Program-made: the position numbers and the translations under genes
Part shown: positions 25,210 through 37,084 of the stretch, one piece after another
Numbering within the stretch: position 1 is the first letter of the stretch
Layout of the letters: the number at the start of each line of letters is the position of its first letter
The notes under the pieces: generated by a model
What the model was told of the DNA's origin: nothing
The model's database searches: none
What the model saw: only the letters and a program-made list of their open reading frames with translations
Source: Dipteris shenzhenensis
Taxonomy: Eukaryota
NCBI GenBank assembly: GCA_047967505.1
Contig: CM106538.1
DNA length: 64,000 nucleotides
Strand: one strand, 5' to 3'

Positions 25210-27337
25210 GAAAAGGCGTTTGTCAGAGTGCATCTATAGACGCGTCTGTCTTTTGGGAAAACAGATAGGCGTGCCTATAGACGCGCTGTTAGACGTGTGT
25301 ATAGACGTGCTCCGATAGTCTTAGCTGTTCTTCCCTTTCCCCTCCTTTTCCTTCTCTTTTCCCTCCCCCTTCCCCTTCCACTTCCACTTCCAAGAAAAGG
25401 ATTGCATATTGAATGATGGAAATAAGTGATTGCATGAATGAAGAAAGGGATTGCATGAATGATGGAAAGGGATTGCATGATTGAAGAAAGGAATTCCATT
25501 AATGATGGAAAGGGAAATCATGACTGAAGAAAGGGATTGCATTTGTGAGAAAATAAGGGATTGCGTTCTCTTTTTGTCTCTTTTCTCCTCTCTTTCCTTC
25601 TCTTTTCTCCTCTCTTTTTCTCTCTTATCTCCTTTCTTTTTTCTCCTCTCTTTTCCTCTCTTTTTCTCTCTTATCTCCTCTCTTTCCTTCTCTCTTTTTC
25701 CTCTATTTTCCTCTCTTTTATCCCCTCTTTCCTTCACCTTGTCTCTCTTTTTCCTACTCTCTTTTGTCCTCTCTTTCCTACTCTTTTTGTGGTAATCTTC
25801 CTCTCTTATCTCCTCTCTTTTTCTGTCTTTTTTTCTCCTCTCTTTTCCTCTGTTTTCCTCTCTTTTCTCCTGTCTTTCCTTCTCTCTATTTTCCTCTCTT
25901 TTATCCTCTCTTTCCTTCTCTTTTTCCTTCTCTCTTTTATCCTCTCTTTCCTGAATCTCTATTTTTTCTTTTGCATCTCGTGACAAGGGCATGCTCGATG
26001 GTAATCTTCTTCTTTTCTCTTCTTCAGTTCATCATGTGGCTAGGATATTTAGCCGAACTTGATCTTCGGCATGCCATATTTTGGGAGTTATATAACATTT
26101 TGGGGCACCCTCCCACTCTTGCAGAGTTATACACATACATGACGGGTACTACAAACACCCCCCAGGAGTCGGCAGTATAGGCTCCAAACCACCCCAATCC
26201 CACACCAATTGAGATTACCCCAGCAGAGTCGAGATAGCCCAGCCAACTCTAGAGCCCCTTCGGGGGATGCTTTTGGGGGAAAAGTGGTGGGGACAGGGAT
26301 GATTCAGATGATGCTGACGTGCCAGAGGGTGATGGTACGATTTACTATGACATCACTCAAACAGGAGGCATCTTGATGGATGCACAGGGGAAGGGCATCA
26401 TCGCCTTCATGTGCTCTGTGATTTGCTAACAACTACAGAGATTGCTTTATTCACTACAAAGACCATCTAAAAAAGTTGGCTGATGAGACCCTTGCTACTG
26501 TTTGCTCTAGGTATCCCAATCCCCCCAATGTTTAGTTCATAGATAAATGGGCCAAGTCAAAGATTGTTAAGATACTTGGCAATAAAAGATCTTCACTTAA
26601 GAGGTAGGCACTAGCCAAGATTGTCAGGATGGCTTCGTGCCTCTCTTGTATATACACTCCTCTTATTTTTTGTACTTGAAGCCACAGGATGTGGCTTGTG
26701 GCTTCATGCTATGTGTACATACAAGCACTATTTGAGCTATGAATTAATATACACTCCTTTATTTTTTTGGCTTTCAATTTCATTGTGCAACGTTCTATCA
26801 ATGAATGAACTAAATGTTTTGGAGTTGTAATGTTTTATTTGAAATTGTAATCGTCGGCTATAGACGCGCTTGCAATCGTGCTAATTAAAATGTGGTTGAC
26901 TGTAAGAATTAAATTGCACAATGTGGACATGGGATTCTTGTAACTACATAGCATACAAAACATACACAACATTCTATTCAACCACACAAAATTCTGCTAT
27001 TATAAAAAAAAAAGGATTCTGTAAAGCATCTATGAGCGTGTCTATAAATGCATTTATATATGCATCTGCCTATAGAGTGTCTATAAGAGCATCTATGAGA
27101 GTGTCGATAAGAGCGTCTATAAATGAGTCTATCTATTTTTTTTAAATTTCTAGCAGGGCATCTATTTACGCGTCTATTTGTGCATCTATTTGCATGCCTA
27201 TATGCATGTCTATCTATGATATAGATGCGAGTTTGTAGATGCACCGATAGACACACAAAATGACATGTCTGTAAGCTTTTTTTTTAATTAAGAAAATGTG
27301 TCTATGTGCACATCTATAGGTGCTTTGTCTTGTTGTG
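25210..27337 (+). mobile_element. CACTA/EnSpm-like element remnant 1 (subterminal repeats and 3' terminus)
   Basis: ctatagacgcg-type repeat clusters at 25230-25318 and 26858-27320; ends gctttgtcttgttgtg at 27337; matching 5' TIR not found. Confidence 0.7.
25325..25975 (+). repeat. CT-rich low-complexity/minisatellite tract
   Basis: Pyrimidine-dominated tract with units such as ttttcctctctttt and tttccttctct; purine-rich gaaagggattgcatgaat repeats at 25395-25560. Confidence 0.9.
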
Positions 27338-30007
27338 AAGGGTTTGTAACTATTATGTGCTATATTGAATGGAAATAAAGATTGCATGCTAACACCAGCT
27401 TTTGTTTAGATACTCCATCTTTTATCGACTACCATATTGGTCCCACCTGAAGATCAATCACCTGCTTGATCCCATGCATATCTTCAATAATGTGGCATCT
27501 ACCATTTGGGAACATTTGAATGGGACACAAAATGCCATAGGCATAAGGGAGGATCTACCCACCACAGGGAGGATGTGTGAAGCTTGGCCACAAGAGAGGC
27601 CAAATGGGCGTATCTTTTTACCTCATGCACCGTGGAGGTTATCAAAGCTAGAGATGGTGGAAGTGAAATGAGCTATCACTATAATTCATACTCCCAGTGG
27701 ATGCATGAGGTGTTTGAAGGGGGCCTTCACAAAGAGCAAGAAAAGAGGTGTAGAGTAATTATATGGCTTGAAATTTCATGATTGGCACAAGATACTCCAA
27801 TTAAGTATTTTATGTGCATAATATCTTTTTCCTTCCAAAATTGTGAGTGAATAAGAAGCAACTAATCAACCATTCCTCTTGTGTTCAGTTCATACTACCT
27901 ACTAGCATTTCTCATAGTGCATTGAAGGATGTGAAGGATTGTATTTACAAGATGGAAGAGCTTGTGAGGTACTTTACAGGATACAAAATGTGAAGCGTAT
28001 CAATGCTCCATGCAAGGTTTTCATATTGCTAATATGGTGTACTTTTTCCTTTCTAGGTATGTGAGCTCAAAGGAAATAGATCCCACCACGCTTGAGAATG
28101 CTCGAGTTATGTCAATGGAGGTTGTTTGTTAAGACATTTCCACGTTCTATTCTCACAAGCCAACTACATCTCATAGTGCATTTTGTGAATGAGATTGCTA
28201 TATGCAGTACTGTACATGCACAATGGTTGTTCTTCCTCGAGCACTTCATGAAGACCTTGAAGGGTTTCGTGAGACAAAATGCAAGGCCTGAAGGTAGCAT
28301 GCCTGAGGGTTGGTTAGTACAATAGTCACTTGTATATATTTCTAAGTTTCTTGTTCATGTGGATAGCTCTCTCCCACCACTATGGAGAGATGATGAAGAC
28401 CTAAGGATGACCCCTATTGTGCCTCAAGGGAAAGGATGGAGCAAAGTAATAGACACAAAGTTGCTTAATAATATCAACCTTTATTGTATGCTTAATAGTG
28501 ATGTGATGAAGAAGATGGGTGACAAGATACGAGGATGCAAATGCAAGAAGACAAGGAGAAAGGGCCCTCTTTTCTACACACCACAAATCTCGTGTGCCAT
28601 ACCCTCATCATCTAAGAGCACTTCCAAAGGATATTCATGTGGATTGGCTACTTGACGAAATGGAGAGAACAGAGACAGATGAGGGGATGCATATCACAAT
28701 GGAAGAATGGGAGTATGCTAGGGGATGCATGAGCAAGGTCGGTATATAGAATGTTATGCATAATTTAGGAGCTTCCAATAATTTAGATTGCTTATTTAAT
28801 TGATTTTGTCTTGGTGTAGTGTACTATGTTCAATGCTATATGGTGTGAGGGCAAGCATTTTTGAACATAATGGATTGATGATAAGAGAAACACAAAAGAT
28901 TATGGTGTCATTGCTAGCTTTGAGGGAGCCAATGGAGCCATGGATGATTATTGTAGCATAATCCAAGATTTCATTAAGCTTGACTTTCGACACTTCTTTG
29001 TGTATGTTAGTGGTTTAAGGACATGGTGGAAAGAGGCCCTAATGCAATAATCAAATGCCATGCAAGTGGCTTTGTAAGTATTGACTCTACAAAGTTTTGG
29101 CAAAGTAAGAAGGACACATGAGTACTACCGTAACAATGTATATAGGTATTGTATACACATATAAAAATACTCACTTTTAAATATTTGATACCTTTGATGC
29201 AAGGAAGATAACATGATTGTGTTTGTGTTTGAATTAAGTTGTCTATCAACCAATGGTGGATAATAATAGGTGGTGGCACGTCATACCTATTATGCCACAT
29301 TCCAAAGTGATCTATAGTACATTTACTAATATGGACCGTATGGAGGATGATCATGGCCATGGACGTGATGATGACCGTGATATGAGAGAGGAAGATGATC
29401 ATGAGATAGGAGATACAAATATTGAGGCCATTACCTGTGAGGATGAGCCTACCATTGGTGATGCTGATTTCAATGAGCACATGTAGTAGTGGGTTGAATG
29501 TATTTGTAAGTCTCAACACTAGTTTGGATTTCGAAGTAGATAATTTGGTAAGTGTTGATCTCATTGAGGATGAGAATGAACCCTAGCCCATCATTAATAT
29601 TGGCAAAACTATTTTACATATTGTCTCATTCTCCTCACCTCACTTAATTTTTGTATATGTGGGTTTGCAAAAAATCATTGATATTTTTATTAAAATTATG
29701 TGCTTTGGTAATCATGAGCAATGTTTGGAAAGCAGCGATGTACATTTATCAGTTTGCACCAAAATCTCACTTTTTGTATTCTCTATTTTGCAACTAAGTT
29801 TGTGTCTAAATCCGTGCCTAATTCGTAGTGCAGACACGCTAATAGATGCACTATTAGATGCGCAAATAGACGTGCTATTAGACACGCCCATATTTTCACT
29901 ATTCTAGTAGCACCTATAGACGTGCCACTATTCTAACAATGCCTATAGACACGCCCACTATTTTGCACATCTATCAAGTGCATCTATAGTTGCTTTGTCT
30001 TGTTGTG
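27338..30007 (+). mobile_element. CACTA/EnSpm-like element remnant 2
   Basis: Contains the transposase; subterminal tagacgcgc-type repeats at 29830-29990; same terminus gctttgtcttgttgtg at 30007. Confidence 0.85.
27402..29330 (+). pseudogene. CACTA TnpD-like transposase, C-terminal part, pseudogenised, with intron-like gaps
   Basis: SIFYRLPYW..HLLDPMHIFNNV, YGLKFHDWHKILQ, HLIVHFVNEI..WLFFLEHFMKTLKGFVRQNARPEGS (DUF4218-like), DYCSIIQDFIKLDF (DUF4216-like), WWHVI. Confidence 0.9.
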
Positions 30008-30541
30008 AATGCCTTCAAGCCTGATAAATTTATGTTGGACCTTGTTCTCTCTTGCCCCATCTTAGTTGTGAATATGGGAGATGGAATTTTTTACTTTGAG
30101 TACAACATGAAAATGGGCTTTGAATATCCCCTGAGACTAGAGTTTAATCTCGCAATGACTTCTCAGCCATAGATGGAGAAGGTAACACTTTGGACAGAGC
30201 CCGTATCAATTCAGGCTCCATCAAACCAAGTGAAGATGACAACGATCATGTTAAAAATCTAGACACTCATGGATTGTATGTCAAGGCATGTTTGATTTCA
30301 ATGCAAAAAAGATGAAGAATTGGTGTTGCCATTGATGTCGATACAAAGAAGCAATCTTCATAGTGGAGGGTGGAAGAAAAGACTGAACATCTCCATCTGC
30401 ATTATGGAAGGTCAAAGGACACGAGTTCTCCAATCTTTACAATGATGAATTTGTGAAGAAGGTGCAATCTTCATAGTGGAGGGTGGAAGAAAAGACGGTA
30501 CATCTCTAACTGGGTTTTGGAGGGTCAAAGAAGACAGGTAC

Positions 30542-31518
30542 TGTTATGGATAAATTTGTCTAAGGAAAAAGGCATTAATATGTGTGTGTGTTTGTACGTG
30601 TGGCAATAGTATAATAAAATATGGTGTGCATAGGGCCCAGGGTTGAGGTGGTAGGGCATGACCATGTGCCACCCTTCCATGTAAGAGGACCCATAAGGTG
30701 TGTTGTACATAATCCATGGTAGTAATATTATAAAATGTAAGGTGGCATGGCTCCTCCATGTGCCACCCCTCCACCTAGGCTGCATTTAGTGAGATATGGC
30801 CCAAAGTCTATGGGAGAAGCAATATAAAATAGGTGGAGATGGATATTATATTGGGTTATTCCCTCCATATAGGATAGGCCCATGTGGGGGAGGTATAGAA
30901 GGTCCAAGAGAGCAAGTTAAATAATGGGGAAAGTTGGCAAGATTCCTTGTGCCAACCCTCCACTTGTCCTCCTAGAGGTTTGAACATATTATAAAATTGG
31001 GAGAGACGAAGGGAGTATCATAGACTTGAGATATGAGGCTTGATTTATGTGGAAAAATGAGGCAAAGGGTTGTCGCACACCATTGAGAGTGCGTAACTGC
31101 CTAGCCCACATGGGAGACTTTTCCACACACCATGCATGTGGGAGGATGCATTTATTGGGAGAGACCCCCTCTCTTGGCTATAAAAGGAGGGGGCTATTCC
31201 TTGATGGGACACGCTCATTCTTGTAAAGCCACCTAGCTAGTACTTTGATTTCTCCCTTCCCTTCCTTTCAAAATAAAGCATGGTCCTCTTCCATTGATGT
31301 CTCCATCTTTACATTCCTCCTCCTATCATGTACACACTTCTCTTCCCTCTCTCCCTTTCCCCTTGTGTCATAGTCTCCCTCTTCATTCCCTCCCCTTCTA
31401 ATTCCTTTTCCCCTCCCATGATAACGTTTCGCCCTCACGTTCTCCTTTCCTCTATGGCCCTCGAGCGTCGCCATGCTTAGCCTCTAGCCTCTGGTCCTGA
31501 TTGCTTTTCAGGCTAACA
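30542..31518 (+). mobile_element. 5' LTR of a gypsy-like element
   Basis: TGTTA...TAACA termini, TATA box ctataaaagg at about 31179, followed 4 nt later by a PBS. Confidence 0.8.
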
Positions 31519-31522
31519 GAAA

Positions 31523-31540
31523 TGGTGTGGCTACTGGGAT
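31523..31540 (+). promoter_or_regulatory. Primer-binding site complementary to tRNA-His(GUG)
   Basis: TGGTGTGGCTACTGGGAT versus the recalled complement of the plant tRNA-His 3' end, TGGTGTGGCTGCTGGGAT (1 mismatch). Confidence 0.75.
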
Positions 31541-32627
31541 CGAAAATCCACGGCTAGTGGTGTAAACTTGTTACTCCTATGACTAGGTGCGGCTCTATAG
31601 CCTCTTCCGTGCACAGTTCTCTACTTTTGCACCTCCAAAATGTGTACCTTCCCTGTCCCTATGGCTGCAAAACCTCCCTGCTTCTGCACTTTCAGTCTGC
31701 CTGCTTTTTGCTCACTTTTCCTACATGTATTCTGGCTGGCAAATCTTCTGCTTATACCGGTCGCATTTGCAGAACTATAACATTTGTGCTCCTTTTGAGT
31801 TCCTACGTGCACATTCAATTCACGCGTCTACTGTGTTCACCTGCGTGACAGTTTTCTAGGCTCGTGTGTCTTCTGGTCGCGGACAGTTTTTTTGAGTTTC
31901 TGCAAAACTGTAACAACAGATCCCATGCCCCCCCCTCTCTCCTCTTCTCTTTCTCTTCTCCTTCTCCTCTCCTCTCCTCTCTTTTAATTAAAGAGTAGGA
32001 TTTGAACCGAAGACCTCCCCCTTCACAAAAGGGAGACTTATCATTGGGCCAACAAGTTGGAAGTGATGAAAATGTAATGATTTTTGTTTATATATTGAAA
32101 TCTCGAGAACTGTAACTCTCTAACCGTGGGGAGTTTACTCGATACATCGTGGTTGATTCAATGTGAAGAACTATTGATACGCTAGGAGAACTTTGATTTT
32201 AATTCTACTCATTGTGCGGTGATCGAGCTGCTTGCTGCTTCGGAGGTAATGAAAAGGGTGTCCTTCATCGAAGGGTGGGATGCTCCCCAAGCTTGGGGAG
32301 AGATTTGGCGCATCTGCTTGTTAATTCCTGTGGATAAGCTCATCTTGAATGGTTTATTCTCAATCTCACTACAAAGGTTTCTAGGCCTCAGCTATGGTTG
32401 GTAATGTTTCGACCAAGGAATCCATTTGTACCTAATCAACCTTTTGTGCCTCATTTTGAGCTTCAAGTTGTAATTCTTTTTGGTTTAAAGATAAACTATC
32501 AACAAAGGATTGCAAGTTTATTTGGTGCTGAACATTTGGCTCAAGTGTTGAATTCTCCCCACCCTCTCCTTCTACCTATCTTGGACTACTGAGAAACTTG
32601 GGATACCCGAATTTTAGTCTTGGTGTG

Positions 32628-33092
32628 ATGACATCTTGGATCCTTCAATTTGATGGAGCTTACAAACCTTCGACCAAGGCTGCTAGCGTGGGTGTGAAGC
32701 TCACTTCACCGGGTGGTGAGGAGTATTGTTATAGCAAGTCTGCACCTGCAAGTACTTGCAATCAAGCTGAGTACTCGGCACTCATTTTTGGGCTACAAAA
32801 GGCACAAGAACATCATGTCAAGCAACTTGAAGTGCAAGGAGATTCTCAACTAGTGTGTGAACAAGTTAGTGGAAAGTGGAAGGTGTAGAGCGAAGGCTTG
32901 GTTCCACGACATCAACAAGCATTGGAACTTTGCAACCAATTTGAAGAGGTAAAAATTCAGCATATCCCTCGAGCTCGAAATCTAGTTGCTGATTTCTTGG
33001 CACGTGAAGCTTGTACTTCAATCATGCATGACGCGAGTGGAAGCACCACCCCAACAAAGCTGCAAGCCATGAAGGAGGGTGATCATTTGTAA
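32628..33092 (+). pseudogene. Type-I (archaeal-like) RNase H with one internal stop
   Basis: WILQFDGA..., TCNQAEYSALIFGL, VQGDSQLV..Q..GKWKV*, IQHIPRARNLVADFLA: the D-E-D-D catalytic set plus the conserved Arg. Confidence 0.9.
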
Positions 33093-33597
33093 GGAATGTA
33101 AAGGTTGTGGTCATCATGAAACTAAGTGTTGGGCATACTTGATACGAGTTTACCGACTTCAAAAGATCATCAGAAAGGTCCTCAAGGACATTGCTCAAAA
33201 GAAGGATGCCAGACCACACACCCCTTGAAGAAATAGCATGGCGACTACAAGAACTGGAAGAAGCTGAAGGTGATGTGCAAGCTCTCCAACTGTTGACATT
33301 TGTCATGGCATTCTTGTTTGCCTTGATGAACAACCTCATGCAACGCCGTGTCTCTAACCCTCGCTTGTAAAGATGGATGTGATATCATGAGGGTTGGTCC
33401 TTTTGAGATTGTCTATGTGCTATTCTATGCTGAAGATTCTTCCCGTGTAGTATTTCACAATACATCAGTCACACCCTACCCTGCCTGTGTGTGCTTTGTG
33501 GATGTATCTTCACCCGATTTTCAGTTCAAGCTTCCTCTTTCTATTGTTTGTCCATAGATAAGCCTCGTCTTGCCTCTCTCTTTTCCATCTTCCAAGC

Positions 33598-34914
33598 ATG
33601 GCTGACATTCTCGTGTTTTGTGGACGGGTGGAAGAAAATCCAAATGAGTATCTTGTGGCCTTCAAGCGCCGTTGTGTTTCTCTCAACTTTCTTACTAAAG
33701 ACAGATGGTTGTTGGTTCTTCCCACATTTCTGGAGGGTTTGGCTCAAGTGTGGTATGAGAAGCAGGCTGAAGACGTTCACCAAAGTTGGCCAAGGTTGAC
33801 AGCAGCGATGATTGAGTACTTCGGCAAAGAAGAGCCGGAGAATGTGTACCTGCACATGGTAAAGTTGAAGCAGTTAGAAGGTGAGATGGCGTGTCGATAT
33901 GTGGATTGAGTAGCCATGCTCCTGGATCGTTTAATTGCCACGCAGGAGGACAATGCCGGATTTGGAGCTAGAATGACTCAACATGTGTTGGGCTACCTTG
34001 TAGTAGGAGCAAGTGACGAATTCTGCCTCAAGCTTAAATGGGAGGATTGGTGCTAGCACATGAGATTGCTCAAAAGTTTGATAAAGTTCAGTCTGACCCC
34101 GAGGACGATTGTCCCTCCGCAACCCCCTCAATCCTACAACAACAACCTAGGGGGTCTAACTCAGGGGCATACCCCCACCCCTCATCGGGGATGTATCCAC
34201 CGCCTCCACCTCAAATGTATGGTCCTCCCTTAGATGCTTACCCTCCAAGGTGTATATTCTCACCCTCCGCCTCGAAGATTTCCCTAGCCTCGCCCACGAG
34301 CCCCCCTCCTTTCTACTCCCTCGGCCCCTCCAGCTAAAGAGGCCCCCCCTGCAACAGAACCTGGAGTCAATGACCTAGACAAGGCCCTGAATGATCTTCG
34401 GCTTGAGATGGTAGGCATCAAAAATCAAGCCAACCGCCCTCCTAGAGACCGTGCTAATGTTGTATGCTACGAGTGCCACCAAAAGGGTCATTATCGCATG
34501 GAATGTCCCAATATTCCAAGGGTGAATCTTTTAAGTGATTCAGGCACTGAGGATTCTGACATAGAGATCCTTAACCTTGGGAAAAGAAGTCGTACCACCT
34601 CGGACCCCTCTCCAAACCATGGACCGGGCCACCCCAGGAAGAAGGTGTCCTTCTCAGAGCCCTCAGATGCTGAGATGGCAGATCCACCAACAGAGAAGAC
34701 TAAAAGATCCCACAGGAGTAAGTGGTCGCCCTCGGATTTTCCCATTGGCTCGGGGCAAGAAGACTATTCAGTCGTTCAGGACCTTGCTCATCATTCTTTG
34801 AGCATCACGCTCCCTCAACTAATAGCATTAAGCCCGAAGGTGAGACGTGAGTTGCAGCAAGGGCTCTCAACAAGGAGGAGCAAGAAAAAGGGAAAGGTAC
34901 GTGAGGTATCTTGA
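33598..34914 (+). pseudogene. Ty3/gypsy gag (capsid and CCHC zinc knuckle), disrupted
   Basis: FLEGLAQVWY...SWPRL; Pro-rich linker; CYECHQKGHYRMEC; DYSVVQDL..ITLPQLIALSP. Confidence 0.85.
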
Positions 34915-34919
34915 AGACT

Positions 34920-36130
34920 TTTATGCTCATTGACAAACGGTAGCTATGAATTAAGGTTCAGTTAGATTCTAAAGCTACAGTTCTTATTGCAATGATGAAA
35001 TGTGAAGAAGATTCACTTACTATTGCTTTGTCCTCATTGCGAGGGTCGTCAGCAATAATCAGTTGGTCATTCATGGAATTATTCGAGTGAACTTTGATGA
35101 TGACAAATGAAATTGTAGTGACAAGATTAAAAACATTGCCGAAACTTGTTCTCATCTGCTTAGAAACCCATGCAAAGTAGCAACCAATAGTAGTCTCACG
35201 TAGAAAAGTAAACACTAAGATTTTTCAAAACTATGTTGATGAACAAAAGACAATTCAGCTGCAGCTAAGGCAAGTATGGGAATTAACAGAAGACAAGAAA
35301 GCTACTTATGAATACATGCTGAAGCAGGCTGACATGCAGAAAAAGCTACATGCAACACAGTTGGAGCTCAAGGAGGTCAAGAGAGAATATGCACAGTATA
35401 GAACCATGCAGGAGAAATAAGTCTCCAAACTCACTGCCAAGGTGAGAGTCCAAAAAGAATGCTTACCTACTATCACGACTTAGTTGGATGAAATGAAGGT
35501 AGGGTTTTTCCCACGGTCGGATCAAATGAGTGAAGCCTGAACATTGAAAATCTATTACTCAAGGAATGCATAAATGCTTTAGAAGGGGTTGACCAAAAAC
35601 TCAGGGAAATGGCAGAGGAAGTTGATGGTATTTTCTTAAGCTCCTCTGACCTCATAGATATGAAGACACAGCTAGTCAAAACATCTCAGGACCTGTGGTC
35701 CAATCTTAAGAAACGCTTGTTTGTTATTGCACAATGACCTTATGAGGCATTTGCATCTGCTGCTTACGCCTATGAGATTATGGCACAGGAATTGGAAACC
35801 CTCAAAGCTACAACACAAACTGCTAAACAGAATCAGATGCCATTGGATGCTGACACAGAAATTTTTCAGCTAACAACAGAGCCTGGGAAGCCAGAGGAAA
35901 CAGAGCAAGGCCACTGCACACAGTTGTCTGCAAAGCATGCAACTTTCCAAAATGAAAAATATTAGGATATAGAATTTATAGCTACTCCCAATCAGGCCTT
36001 AGCCCCTACTACAGATTTTGAAGAGGCAAAGACAAAAATGGAGGAGGAACCAAAGTTGAATACAACTACAGGGAAGACACAGAGGAAGAAGACCCAATTG
36101 CTGCCAAGGCATTGCTGCCAAGGCAGTAGT
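34920..36130 (+). pseudogene. Decayed coiled-coil-rich ORF, probably a TE accessory ORF
   Basis: Q/E/K/L-rich broken frames (e.g. 35780-35965); no domain recognised. Confidence 0.3.
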
Positions 36131-37071
36131 AATTGATCTAAACTCAACACATACTATCAATGTCCACCCAATGGACTATTTTCTGTAAGGGTTCAAGTCT
36201 TCCACTTTTTGCAAAAGTTTACCACCGGGAGTGCCAGGTGTTGAGGGTGACCTCTCCACCCACGTGGACTTCACCCAAGGAGGGTTAGTACACCCCTCAT
36301 AAAGGGAAGTTACATTAGCAAGGCTGTATGAGTGTGTAGCATTGCGTACACCACTTACGCGATGACGGTATGTGTAGCATGTGTGCACCATCCATACAAT
36401 TTTATTCATGTGTAGCATCAGGTGCACCATGAGATGGTATGTGTCGTATGTGTGCACCATTCATCTGTGATTTATTGATTTTGCATTGCTATAATACTTA
36501 AAGGTTGATTGATTGTGGTGATTAATTCCAAGGTTATCTTATGCTTAAAATATTTCATTACTATTGATTGTGTGAACCCAGGGGAAGAGTAATTGATCGG
36601 GCCATGGCATCTGGCAAGCATGATCTGCCATATTTTGGGCACGTAGGTGCAACTCCAGTGATGCGGGGATGAATAAGGCTTATGCCTAATTTTTTATATT
36701 ACAAAAGCTTATGTACATATTTGAATTTTGGAATATTAGTGGCTTGGCTAAGTGTATAAACTAAAGTTAGAAAAAGCTTTATTTTTAGAAAAAGCCAGCT
36801 ATTCTAGAAGGTGGATGGGCGTTTTGTAAAAAGGGTGTATGGAGGAAAGCACAGGGGCTTTTTGTATGATTCTTGCTCAGAAGCTTTTTGGGGAATATAC
36901 ATAAATACATAGGAGGTGGAAGGAGAGCACCACACCTATGGGGGGAGATTGTACCCAGCACGCTTATTCTATCTCTTCCATTTGTGAGTTTTGAGAGTTT
37001 ATGCATATTTTTGAAAAGTGTTGCTATGTTTTTCAAGGATTTGCAGGTTCCATGAGCATTTCCCATTGCAA

Positions 37072-37084
37072 TGGTATCAGAGCC
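37072..37084 (+). promoter_or_regulatory. tRNA-iMet PBS after an LTR end (..TTGCA at 37070)
   Basis: TGGTATCAGAGCC; the upstream ~500 bp is LTR-like with a TATA-like cataaata at about 36900. Confidence 0.75.

Noticed and set aside
25321-25992. 223-aa K/E/R-rich ORF and its F/S/L-rich antisense ORFs
   Set aside because: Produced by a CT-rich low-complexity tract that lacks stop codons.
31519-31915. Alternative LTR end at TAACA 31915
   Set aside because: No PBS or TSD follows it, whereas the end at 31518 is followed by a tRNA-complementary site.
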